Shown here: in pieces, positions 51,140 to 62,505 of the stretch | Numbering within the stretch: position 1 is the first letter of the stretch | Layout: each line of letters starts with the position of its first letter | Assembly: GCA_036172245.1 (NCBI GenBank) | Contig: JAYWIR010000027.1 | Span: forward strand, 1 to 64,000 | DNA length: 64,000 nt | Direction: 5' to 3' | From: Raillietiella orientalis | Lineage: Eukaryota | Made by a program: the position numbers and the translations under genes | The notes under the pieces: generated by a model | Told to the model about the DNA's origin: nothing | The model's input: the letters and a program-made list of their open reading frames with translations, nothing else | Database searches by the model: none

Positions 51140-51758
51140 TCAAAGGATGCTGTGCTTCTCCCCTTCCCCACCATCCCCCTGTGCTCCGAGTTGGAAATCT
51201 GAACGCATTATAGCCAGTTCCAGGCTAATTTCCAGGAAGGTGAAATCCAGGAAGAGTGGAATTCGATCCATTTCGTGCGGAGCAACTGGATACCTGCCAC
51301 TCTGGAGCGTGCAGCTCCGATCCGGCGAGTAGGTGAGACTCCAAGCTACAGGCGTTCCTCTTAAGGTCCCAGTAGCTGTAAGGGAGGGCTTCCTGATCAG
51401 CACACATCGGCCTGCATCCTCAAAAAGAAGCAACTTCGGGTGGTACTTGCCCATTCCCGTGTTCCGCTAAACAGGAGGGATCGTTTGCAAAGCGCTGAAG
51501 AGTGCAGCAGTCAGAGACGAGCAGGCCGAAGTCCTCGGTGACAGAACTCTTTCCAAGTATCTGCACAGGGATCCAACCACTCGCATCCCGTTTCCAACCT
51601 TTGATGCTGTCCTCTTCCTTATTAGAAAATTCATGAGACAGATAGGTCCTCTCGCCCTCATCCATTAGTTGGAGGGTTAGGGAGCGCTGTCCTTTGACTG
51701 AGGACACTGACCTGGATATGCAACCGAATCGAACGCCCAAGTTCCTAACAGTGGGCAC
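51140..51758 (-). mobile_element. Degenerate L1/Tx1-like ORF2 fragment beginning at the RT thumb motif
   Basis: VRNLGVRFG...SIKGWKRDASGWIPVQILGKS (51420..51758), then TPVAWSLTYSPDR (51140..51454). Confidence 0.45.
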
Positions 51759-52326
51759 TGCAAGAATCCCGTCTCGAGATGAGAGTTTCTATTTCATTTT
51801 CTCATCATTCGCACTGCTCAATCAATGACGCTTCCTCAGGAAATTGCGAACTCCGTTTTCGGGATTTCGATAGTTTGATAATTACACATGGCTGTAGTTC
51901 GATATCTGTGTATTCACGTCATATATATTTACAATATATTAATATACATTACAAACATATATCAATGTTTTTATAGTCTTTAATGTATATCGATATATAT
52001 GATTAATTATATTAGTAGTAAGTAAATTAATAAATATTGATGAATGTGCGTGTTGAAACAAATTTCTGTGTTGATCCAAATATAAATAAATATACTTTCA
52101 TCACTATAATGCACATGAATGTTAATTTTTTATCGTCTTTGAAGTTTCGACATTCAGGTTTTTGATCGTACCGGCTTGTGGGATGGGAGATTTTGAACCA
52201 AACCCGAGTGCGCGACATCTTCTCGATACTGAGGCGGAAAGCAATCTTCAGAGTGATGGCAGAGGAAACTCGGACGAAGAGGCAAGAGCGAAAATAATCA
52301 GCGTAACCCAGACCTAGCCGTGAGAA

Positions 52327-52600
52327 TCATGGGGAGCGCGTGGTTTTCCGGCCTAGTGAAGATTCGAAAATCCCCACGCCACCACCGGGCAGTCTTTCGA
52401 GGAATTGTAATTGAAATCCCGAAAAGATGGCTCCATGCTGCAGATCCACTCTTTTGCGCATTTCACATGAAATAGCAGGAATTCGTCGGGATGTCCGCAT
52501 GCACAAGGGGGATTTGCAATGTGGTACATATCGCATATTCACAAAACTAGTCTAAGGGAGGCATGGAGTTCATTCTCTTCGGAAACCGTGCTGATCCTTG
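52327..52600 (-). mobile_element. Degenerate L1/Tx1-like ORF2 post-RT fragment
   Basis: MRYVPHCKSP...FLERLPGGGVGIFESSLGRK (ORF 52327..52542; cf. LP--GGLGI). Confidence 0.35.
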
Positions 52601-53093
52601 ATTTCGAATCCTGCAATCCTGTAACACAGTTGTGAGCGATGGGAAGACGAACGTTTGAAAATATGAGCACGGGCGCTGCAACTCCGCTACTTGGACTCAA
52701 CAGCCGCTCTTCGTAGATGCAAAGGAAAAAAGGCTGAGCCTTTCCAGCGCCGCGAATTTGCTGCAGCCACGGGAAAATGTAGCGTGGAGACGCATCATCG
52801 CGAGGAACTTCATTCTAAATATCGCGGGCGGATACGGAAATCGCGAAGGGTGAGTGCTGCCTGCGGGGGCTCAGGGACAGGAAACCTGGCGTACACCAGT
52901 AAGGTGCGCAATCAGGGAACGCATGGAGAAACGTCGGGAAGCAGAACGAATCAAGGAATGGCCTGCAACATTTGCTTGGACCTCAAACGCGCACGAGGTT
53001 CGAAAAACTTGGCTTGTCTCTCAGAAACACATCCAGAAGAACTGATGCTGAACTGAGCTCAGTCGACTGTGTAAGGGAGAACCGAAAAAGTTT

Positions 53094-54260
53094 TCATTTT
53101 CTTCTCTTTGAGCACTCCAAGAGACAGCCGATAGTCACGAACCCAGCTGAGTAAGGCGTCTGAAAATTCCATTCCCGTTTCAGGGTGTTACTGAGACGGA
53201 AGTCATTCGAAGAAGAGAGAGCATCCCCGAGTGGACATGCCCTGCGAAAAACTCGTGATCGTTCAGCAACAGAAAGAGCAACATCCACGGTCGAAAAAAG
53301 CTGTCTTGGTACTGGAGCAGATTCGATCGAAGTTTCCCACCCAGTCACGCCGGGATGCTCATTTAATAAACGATAAACCAGTTTGGATCTCGGTTCCCAA
53401 CCCATGTCAAAAGAAGTGCATGTGGAGGGTCCACCGACCCACAGGTCGGGATACCTACAAGTACGGAACGGAAGGGAGGGGATAGTAATGAATAGCAACA
53501 TGAGGAGGGCAAGGATATGGATCTTTGAGTAGTTCCGTTCTTTCTAGAAAGAGGGGAAAAACCGGGAAAAGTGCGGAACGGGTGGTAGAGGACAAAAAAT
53601 AAATAAATAGATTAGGGGTGGATGAGGACAGGGGTTACCGCTGTCGGCCGTTCCTTCCTTTTAGAGCTGGCGCTGGATGCAGGCGATCTCGACCCTGACT
53701 TCCTCTTCTAGGTGAGTCCACCTAGCAACCATCCTCACATAGACGGCTGCCATCACGATGACCGCCCTTCTCTGTGCTCGCGTCTGCAAGACATGGCAGA
53801 CCATGACGACGGCGCGGAGACAGCACGTCGTTGCGATCACTGCACCGGTCGAGACTCCACCGTGCGTACAGAATCGCTGCGTCAGGTCACGGCGGTGTCT
53901 TCCTGGTTAAGGAGTGCTGACATCAGCCTCCGCCACAGTTCTTGGAGGTCACTACAGTCCGAAAGCAGGTACGAGATTGACTTTATTGAGCTGAGCTTTG
54001 CACACTTCGAGCATGCACTCTCCCCGGGAACGAGCTTCAGGCACTCTTTGCATCGTAACCCCCAGTGCTAAAAGAGCAACAAAGCCTGCTTCCACGTCAC
54101 GAGAATACGGAAGTTTCAAACATTGTCGAAGAATCACAAGTTCCTCTGGAGCGACACTGAAAAGTTCACTCCATCTGGATACGCCGACTCACGCCTCTTC
54201 CAGACGCCAAAGAGTTTTGTCTTCCCTGCGACAGTGATGAACTCCCACCCCTCCGGTAGA
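53094..54260 (-). mobile_element. Degenerate L1/Tx1-like ORF2 fragment beginning at the RT thumb motif
   Basis: KTKLFGVW (~54220; cf. K-LGVWF), RILVTWKQALLLF, LQELWRRLMSALLN, and distal PRSKLVYRLL (53094..53501). Confidence 0.45.
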
Positions 54261-54739
54261 CAATTGCCATCCCTTACTCTCAGGGAAGGTAGCACCGCGG
54301 CAAGGAGTATGACGGCCAGGGTCGGCCACACTTCTGCGACCTGCATCACTGCTTTCAAAGGATGTCTGAGGAAGTGGCGAAGGGGACGAAGTTCCTCCGA
54401 TCTCATTCTCCGGAATGCAGCCCGGGGCACAACTGCTTCCTGTCTCCAGGCATTGCAATTTGTTCCCCTTGGGGAATTGACTGGTTTTCTGTTTATTTAC
54501 TCCTGTGTTCATGGTTCTCGTTGTCACCTATTTCAATATTTTGCAAACCCGAAACGATACTGAAACGTTTTTCTTTTTCTTTCTTTCTTTCTTTTTTTGT
54601 CCTTGGAGTCTATCCTTAGCATCGATTGTTTGAGCAAGAAAACTCGCTTACTGGTTTAACCGATGGAATTACGGGAGATTTCCTAGAGTGACGTAGAAAG
54701 GAGACGGGAAGAAAAAGATTTTTCCTGTAGAGAAAATGT

Positions 54740-55170
54740 TCAGCGGAAAGGAAGAAAAGTGCCAGTGGATCTTGCTACTCCATTGCACAAGAGTGGAACT
54801 GGTACAGAAAACCAATTGCAAACATCCCATCGAGAATCATGACAGAAAAAAGATCGCTTGGATACAGGATTACCTAAATATGTTGCACAGCTGCCCTTGA
54901 AATGCTTTCTAAATAGGTGCAAATAATGGAAATTCTAAAAGAAGCCTCCTCTTAGTAACAGCCTCTCTCATTCCCCGCCAGAGATAATTAATTAGGAAGA
55001 ATGGAGACTGATTCTCAGTAATGAAATGCTGAAAAGACATAAAAGTGTCTTGCATCTCGAACAGAATTTGTGAGTTGCACCTTAAAATATGGCAATCTGA
55101 AGTCTTGAGCAAGCATTGTTCCGAAATTTTGAGGAAACATGGCAATATGGCAGCCAATGGTCGTTCCTAC
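54740..55170 (-). mobile_element. Degenerate AT-rich L1/Tx1-like ORF2 post-RT fragment
   Basis: LLKTSDCHILRCNSQILFEMQDTF...FLINYLWRGMREAVTKRRLLLEFP (ORF 54909..55157; cf. NFLWRGKREKV-R--L-LP). Confidence 0.5.
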
Positions 55171-55916
55171 CAAAGAGAATGCTGTATTAAAAAAAAATAC
55201 TCGAATCAAAAGTAAGGAATTTGAAGTGAATCTTTTCGAAATGTATTTTCATTGTTATATTAGCATACTTGATTAAATTTGCGGTCATTTAGATAGACTA
55301 TGCTACTGCCCGTTAGACTATAGAAACACGAAAAGGTCTCCCACTACCATCCTAATATCTGATCAACAAGAAATTTTCATCGCAGAACTTCTTGATTCAT
55401 TCATCTTGCTGATTGCAAAAGAAATCAAGAAAATTACAATTCTGTCTTGATTGCTTTTCTCAATCTTAATAACATAACCTGGTAAAGGATTTTACAATTC
55501 TGAAACATTGAAAAAAAGGAATTCTACTAATAGGTAAACAATAAAAATGGAATTATCTCCTTGAGAACTCTGATTATTTTGGTCTATTGATCCACAAACT
55601 GTGATTCTAAAATTAAAGGAAACAATGGAGATGGATCCTTCTAAGAGTTTGGTAATCGTGGATTCAGGGACTGGTGGTGCGCATGTGAAACTTACCGCGT
55701 TCCTTAGAACGCGATGCGGTTACTCCAAGTAGTGAAATTAATGAAATAATACGCAATGATTTCTTAAATGCACTTCATGCAATGCGTATTAATATTATGT
55801 ATTTTTTTAGTAATAGAGAAGTAGAATTTGGGATTCTCCTATTGTAATTATACATGGGCTACATATTACTGTGCGGATATCGTTTCATTTCTTTGTTAAA
55901 GTTTGTGGTTTTTGTT

Positions 55917-55922
55917 TCAGTT
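55917..55922 (+). promoter_or_regulatory. Candidate arthropod-type Initiator (TCAGTT) or splice acceptor upstream of SmE
   Basis: tttgttTCAGTT lies about 40 nt before the SmE ATG. It fits the TCAKTY Inr consensus but also a polypyrimidine-CAG acceptor. Confidence 0.3.
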
Positions 55923-55959
55923 GTGAATTTGTAAGAAAGCTTGCCGTGAGAAGATAAAG

Positions 55960-56666
55960 ATGTCTTACAAAAGTGGACATAAGGTGCAGAAGGTCATGGT
56001 GCAGCCAATCGTATCCTTTTACTTGTATTCGTTGTGAGAACTGGTAATCTGTTCACAATTAGCCCTATTTGTAGGGTTTCCACTGTAATGATATTAAAAC
56101 TACCGTACCGATCATAGGTCAATGTATTTGGGAGTCAAAAAATGCAAGATAATAAGTTCAGTATTTTGATAGCATGAAGTACCGTTGCATTACTAGCATA
56201 AAATCATTTCCTTACTCATACTAAAGTAGTTTATAGCTCAGTCTAGTTATTAATAATGAGTTAATAATAGCGTAAGTATTTAAGGTCATGTTTTACTTCT
56301 TGAATTATAGGAAAAATACTTTGCAAAGCATTTATTATTTGTGAAGACATTTGAAATACAATTTTTTCTTTAATGCTTGCCAGAACTTGATCTTTAGATA
56401 CCTTCAGAATCGCACAAGGGTGTTAGTATGGCTCATGGATAACGTGACTAGCCGGCTTGAAGGATATATTATTGGTTTTGATGAATACATGAATTTAGTC
56501 TTGGATGATGCAGAAGACATCAATATAAAAGTAAAGACAAGAAAGCAACTTGGTAATTTTAATGACATATTAGAGTTGGATTTTATCATGTTATTCTTTC
56601 TTAGGACGAATTTTGCTCAAAGGTGATAACATTACTCTTATTCAAAGTGTAGCTGGAAAACCCTAG
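55960..56666 (+). CDS. SNRPE: Small nuclear ribonucleoprotein E (SmE), 93 aa; exons 55960-56010, 56384-56552, 56605-56666
   Basis: Spliced translation [93 protein letters not shown]. Sm1 and Sm2 motifs are intact, and the 373-nt and 52-nt GT-AG introns preserve frame (51+169+62=282 nt). Confidence 0.97.
56011..56383 (+). other. U12-type (minor spliceosome) GT-AG intron
   Basis: 5' end GTATCCTTTT matches the U12 donor consensus RTATCCTT. Branch-site-like TTCTTTAAT at 56366-56374 lies about 10 nt before the terminal CAG, with no polypyrimidine tract between. Confidence 0.93.
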
Positions 56667-56685
56667 GACTAATCATGCAGTTATA

Positions 56686-56691
56686 AATAAA
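56686..56691 (+). terminator. Polyadenylation signal of SmE
   Basis: AATAAA about 20 nt after the stop codon. Confidence 0.6.
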
Positions 56692-56781
56692 GATGAACCT
56701 AACCCTATTTCATAAATAGGGCTAGGTTTATTTATGAACTATGGGAAAGCAAAAGGGACACAGCCATTAACTCTCATAGAA

Positions 56782-57100
56782 CTACCAAGTGTGAAGGTTC
56801 AAACAGTGTTGAGCCTTGCTGGAATCAGTGTTGGTGCCTAAACTACCTGCTTTAATGCAAGTGGCAGTGCATTTCTGTGAGACAGAAGGTTTGAAAGTAT
56901 ATACAGAAAAGAAAATGCAGCAGCTTGTGGTCAACAGTTGGTGTTGGACAAAAATAAGGTCCATTGTTAGCTGCAGATTCAGTTCCTCCAGAGTGACATT
57001 CACACGATTCCTGTTTGCACTTGTTTGTAATACTATGGACACCATTGACAGCAACCAACGTGTTGTTACATTAAGGTATCCACCTTAGTGCATTGTTATC
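56782..57100 (-). mobile_element. Degenerate AT-rich L1/Tx1-like ORF2 post-RT fragment
   Basis: YLNVTTRWLLSMVSI...IFFSVYTFKPSVSQKCTATCIKAGSLGTNTDSSKAQHCLNLHTW (frame of ORF 56782..57054; cf. V-W---C-P-K-GGLG----KALL-KW). Confidence 0.45.
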
Positions 57101-58654
57101 TGTGCTTCTGCACATCAGATGTATTGCTTTCTCCTGATTGTAACAGCTGATATGAAAGTAAGTCTTAAAATGCCATAAGAAAAAATGAAGGTAACACATC
57201 AATAACAGTTAATGTAAATTAGTGGTTTTTAGTGTGTAACATGCATCTTCGGATTTAGAAATTTTGTAAAAATAAAACAGGTTTTTTGGGTGGGGAGGGC
57301 ATATCCATCCATAATTGTTTATACATATGAGATTTAAAAACAAAAGGAATGATATGCTATTTCTTCAGTTGGCACATTAACTCCTACATGGTTTCAGGAA
57401 GTGCATTTAGTCGGTTTTTGTACTCTGAACACAGATTTATCACAAAATACGACTGCAGTGTCTTTTATCAGTTGTTAATAGATTCACAGTTGTGGATTCC
57501 ACAAGCATAAATTACAGAACAGAGCCTGACCACTTACAAAAAGATAGGTAGATTGCAGTTACCTAATACATATTTATGAAAGAAATCTTGTTTCACTTAG
57601 TTTTAGCTCAGTTAAAACTGTTTCACACAATTCTTACAATCATTTTGCCAAGAACCAAAACTATAATAGTAATCCAAAGTGTAATAGGTTTACTTTAAAC
57701 ACACTTCTAATTTAAAGTGCTAAGTTGATTTATCTTTCTGTCCATGTTAACGATATTTGCATAAAAAAGTTTCATGCACATTCTATGTAGATATCTTGAT
57801 TTATGAAAGAACACGAAAAAACTTCTGGCAAAGGAATAATTACAAGTAGAATCGAAGAGCATACGACTAACCTATCATAGGTGAGTTTATCAATGGCAAC
57901 GCAACGGAATTGAAACCAAGGGGCACTCGAACACCCCAGAAGAGTACGATACACTAAACATATATGAAACGTATTTATCATGAGCTATTCAAAGAGTTTA
58001 TTTTTCTGTTAAAAATATGCTTTGCAAATCTCATGTGAGACAAGTTTTGCAAATACGGGCGGCTTTGTTTTCCTCATTACATAGGGTTCTATTTAGGAAC
58101 CCTCATGTCTATCCACTGACGGACATCTGATGTACTATGTAATCGACTATATCAAAAAGATAGCACACAAAAAAAAACAAATTGGCAATGTGCAGCGAAC
58201 TAAAAATAAACAATAAATCATTTCTTTTTGATACTATTCTTTTCATACTATTCTCCAGCCATATAAATGGACTCGAAATTCACCAGTTCCACCAGCAAAA
58301 AAGTTATCTTGAATTTTCAAAGCCCATCAGCAACCAGGGAAAAAAAATGAAAATTGGTTTCAGATGCTATCCTTTTGGCTAAGATCAAAGTGTTCATAAC
58401 ACAAGATTCGAATTAGAAACAACAGAGAAGATATGGAGTTTCGAATTCCAAATTGAATTCCATATTACTAAGCATCCCTACGCGGACAGAAGCCCATAGT
58501 CATAAAATTCAAACTCTATTTCAATTCATCCGAAAATGTAAAACAGTTTCTTTGTAGATATGAAAACATCAGCCACTACACTTACAACACAATCTTTTAA
58601 AATAGCAAGTTTTTGACAAAGTTTCCTCGTTTCCGTCCGAATGCGTGAGACGGG

Positions 58655-58996
58655 TCAATCGCTCGCAGGAGCGGCCTTTCCGCTGAAGGGGCTGATCGCA
58701 ATGGAGTCGCAGTTTCCCGGAAGGACTCCACAAAGGTGCCAAGTCCGCTCGCCACCGAAAGCGAAGCTCGAGCTCGACCGTGACTCAACGGAGACCATGA
58801 AGGCCTTGTTCGTCACATCCTCGCGGGCAACATGACGAATAAAGAATCGCAGCGTCCAACATCCAAACGAATAAAGTTTTGCACAGAGAAAAGAGCAGCG
58901 ACCCTTAGATCGGAGCACGCATCCGCGTAGCCACTTGTGAGCATCTTGCAGTCGGTGAAGAATGGATGTTGGGATGCTCCGTCTGCCAGCAGTCAT
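58655..58996 (-). mobile_element. Degenerate L1/Tx1-like ORF2 post-RT fragment
   Basis: LHRLQDAHKWLRGCVLRSKGRCSFLCAKLYSF...SFAFGGERTWHLCGVLPGNCDS (ORF 58655..58996). Confidence 0.55.
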
Positions 58997-59459
58997 CCTT
59001 CTCGAGTCACCTCGCCCTCAGCACCGGCTTCGCATACGGAGAGAACGAGCCGCACTTTCCGCGGTTGGTGCGCGGTCGGTACGTTTGATGAAGGAACAGC
59101 ACTGCGGAGTAGCCGATGCTGCAGCCGACACCAGTTCCACGCATTAGGAGCATCCCTCGTGATTCTCCCCTCACCCGCAACCCACCCCACCCCTGCTGTC
59201 ACGGATGTCTTTGTCGAAGAGCGACTCACTCATCTCGGAGTGGCAGCATCTCAGAGCTGTGCGTTTCGACATCCGCGTGCTGACTTCACTCCCTTCTGGA
59301 GACTTCAGGCAGAGCGCAGTCGGAGCTGGTTCTCAGCAGAAGAGTTGGAAAGTTGCTTTCGTGCTGAGATGGCGGAAACAGGTCGTGGGGATGCGACACA
59401 GTTCGACCTTGGCGGGCGATGCTGCAGCGGGGTTCGTTGCTCCGCAGCCGATGCCAGGC

Positions 59460-60300
59460 CCGTGCGCGCACGCGCAGAACAAGGGCCCCGCCATTGGCTA
59501 ATCATCCTCCAGGATCGGTTGTCACGGAAACCTCTTTGCAAGAGAATTCGGCAAGAGAGTGTCCGAGCGGACGCGTTGTACTCGCGTTGCTGAGAAACCC
59601 GAGCGATAACGTAAAAAGAAATTTATTTTCTTTTCGCGATGCCTGGGACGGGCGTCCCTTGGCTTTTGAATGTTCATTCTTGTGGGGACGGGCGTCCCCC
59701 GATCTCGTTAGCTTGTCGTCCGGGCCGCGGGGACGGGCGTCCCCCGGATACCGGATGACTCGCGCTTTTCGGAGACCACGTCCTCGAGGGCAGACAGCAG
59801 CTATACGAGAAGAAGACGAGGAACCGGACCAGGCGTCGCAGCAGTACCGGATGAGGACGCGTCAGCGTGAATCGTTCGGGAAATTGGGAATGTGTGTGCG
59901 GAGGGGGACGTTTCAGGAGCGGCGACGGTGGAACCAAGGTCGACGGAAGGCACGGTCAGCGGCAGCGCAAGAACGTACGGACGGTGTGTCAGCGCAGCAC
60001 CCCGCAATCCGTTAGTGCTAGGAGAAAGTGCCGCAGCCGGACCATCGACCTGGAGGTAAGCCAAACACACGGAGATGCGTCGACGACACGATGATCAGGA
60101 AGATCACACGGAGAAGAGGCGACCATGCAATGATCCGATATCGACACGAAGATCAGCCGATGCTACCGAGATGAGCCAGCGACACGGAGATCAGTTGACG
60201 TCACGATGATCAGCCAAAGACAACAAGATGAGGCGGAGACCTGATCGAACATGCATCAGCGACACGACGATCGTCCATCGGCACGGTGACGAGCCGGCGA
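59460..60300. repeat. Dispersed direct repeat, copy 2 (near-identical to 37500-38340)
   Basis: See copy 1; offset 21,960. Confidence 0.97.
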
Positions 60301-60590
60301 CAAGTAGATCAGTTGACATCACGATGATCAGGGATCACACGGAGATAAGCTGACCATGCAATCATCTGACATCTACACGGAGATCAGCCGACACCCCTGA
60401 GATGAACCGATAACACGATGCTCAGCCAACGACCCCGGCGATGACTCCAAGACCAGAAGATGAGCCAACGACCTGGAGATGAGCCGAGGAGCCGAATATG
60501 AGCCAACCACACGTCGATCAGTCGAAGACCCAGACATGCACCAAGAAGAAGATGATCAGCCAACAGAGCGTTGATGAGCCTGACGATCTG
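60065..60590. repeat. Degenerate ~19-bp minisatellite, longer than the 38.1-kb copy
   Basis: Same units as 38105-38340, followed by extra units (acacggagatcagccg, agatgagccaacg, atgatcagccaac). Confidence 0.8.
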
Positions 60591-60599
60591 CCTGAACAA

Positions 60600-61799
60600 T
60601 AATACAACGCTGCTGCCTCGGCCGAGACGATGCGTTCTTTCGTAGGGTGGCCGTGAGGGCGAGACGAGGAACGTGCAGTTGCGCGGCCAAAGACCATCCG
60701 TTGTCTCTCTGCGAGATGACCGTGAGACACGTAACTTTGGCTTGCGGGCCGCTTGCAGAGGGCGTGGGGACAGCGTTGCGATTTCGTGTTCCAGTCCGGC
60801 TGATTCGCATTCCTGGCTGATTCGTTCGCTGCCTACGAGCCTTTCTCAGATGTTGGACTGGTATGATTCTAGTCGGTCTCGTGTGCAAGAGATGCTTAAG
60901 GGTCCCACCCTAGTACGATGCTCTGGTGGCATTCCATGAGCAACAGAAAAGGCCTGGTCCGCTGCTGGTTCCCGCGAGGTGTCGTCGGCGTCAGGCCCTC
61001 TCGGGCAAGGAACGCCAAAGAAAGCTAGCCCTCCCTTCTCAACACATTGCAAATGGCCCCCAGGGCTGCAGTTGCCAGCAGACGGAAAACGCGGTGCAGA
61101 ATCTGGTTGCGTCCAGCTTCCCTTCCAGGAAGGCCAATGGAGCGCGTCAGCCCTGCAAGTCGCTGCCACAGAGCACCCAGAAGACGTGCGTGTGCACCCT
61201 TTTCCGGATGTCCTCGCCGTCCTCTCCCTTTCCCACTCAGGAGGGTGGCGGCGGCAGAAGCTGCCTTCCTCTAGAAGGAGGAGGCTTGCACAGGCGCTTT
61301 CGGCTATCCAGAGCGCCACAGAGGCGACGCGCGTGGTGATGCCTTTTCCCAGGTCTACCTGCACCCCAAAGATGGAGTTGGACCCCGGGATAACAGGAAC
61401 AGTGGCACGGCACAGGGTTCGGAGTGCGAAACTTCCCATCTCTCCCCTGCTGCTCGCGCGACCGTTCGTTGACACCGCCTCCGGAGGGCGACCTCGTCGC
61501 AGCAAGACCTCAGCCTGTGGTGCCAACGAGCTCCCTGAAGCTCCTCCGTGACGCTCGCGAAAACATCCTGCCCCTCCAAAATGGGACAGCTTTCGGTGGA
61601 AGCGTCCCGGAAACACCTTCCGCGTTGCTCTAGCCACCGGCGCTGGGGTGCTGTGAGGAGCATCAGTGGAGCCCCGCTGTCGGTTCCTGGTGCACCCTTG
61701 GTGGACCTGCTCCGAGGTCAACTCTCCCTCAGTGGACTCTACCGTCTGCGCCCATCCGAGCAATCGATTGCATCGTGCCCCCGGGTGGGCTTTTAACAC
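60600..61799 (-). mobile_element. Degenerate GC-rich L1/Tx1-like ORF2 C-terminal fragment
   Basis: RCNRLLGWAQTVESTEG...KLSHFGGAGCFRE (ORF 60846..61799); distal RMVFG...AAALYYCS. DNA similarity to 36.4 kb, 38.6 kb and 39.1 kb. Confidence 0.4.
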
Positions 61800-62505
61800 C
61801 AGGAGGTGCCGGTGCGCATGCGCTAGAGATTCAGAGGGCTCATGGAGACGGGCAGGCTCACCGGAAGCTGAACTCCGGTATGCCAGTGGCCCTGGAGCGC
61901 CTCTCCGGGAGATCCACGAAAACCACGGAGCACCCCGTTCTGGTTTTCTCGTGACAGGAACAGGGCGCGTTCAGGAAGGGGGGAGCGGTCCACTATTCCA
62001 TGCACGACCACAGGCCATCTCTTCAAAACGACGCTGCCGATATGCCATTTGCCAATACTGGCGATTTTCGTCCCTTTTTTTTTCGTGTGTGGTCGTCGCT
62101 TCAAGCTGCTTGACTGTCCTCTAGTAGGATCGGGAACAACTAGCTAAGCTATCAGCTTACGACGCCAGATGTCAGCGCTGCAAATGGGTGGTAGGCGTGT
62201 GGAACTAACGGGAAAAGCCGATTCCTCGCTGCATTTCTCTTCCAGAAACGGAAATGGCAGGTGTTACGTAGTCTCTTGAGGTTCTCTTTCCTCGTCTTTC
62301 AAATGTTTTCCTCTGGCTTCCCGAATGAAGCCGTCGATCTCTTCCCGTGATCTGAGATTATGGAAAATAATCAATCGCATTCTACTGGAATTTGGTATGC
62401 ACTGATCATCCATGGGAAATCTTCACATTTGGGACGCTCCGGAGTCGACGATTTAATTTACCCGCGTTTATCACGAGGAACGAAACTTACTTTTAGTACT
62501 TACTT

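Noticed and set aside
51988..51995. DRE promoter element TATCGATA
   Set aside because: It lies in an AT-rich, TA-repeat-like tract with no adjacent gene start; likely chance.
52450..53056. piggyBac transposase C-terminus on the plus strand
   Set aside because: Only vague resemblance, with no intact Cys-rich domain, TTAA ends or TIRs; the minus-strand L1-like reading fits part of it at least as well.
54134..54346. Signal peptide plus C-type lectin start (CLPEGW)
   Set aside because: No downstream lectin cysteines or WIGL motif. KTKLFGVW followed by LVTWKQ fits the retroelement thumb region better.
55340..55700. Divergent gene sharing the SmE promoter (minus-strand donor near 55695; PLPGYVIK peptide)
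   Set aside because: All frames carry stops and no coherent spliced ORF could be built.
60846..61799. 317-aa ORF as an intact gene
   Set aside because: Non-ATG start, GC-rich and no coherent domain; only scattered retroelement-like motifs, so it is treated as a relic.
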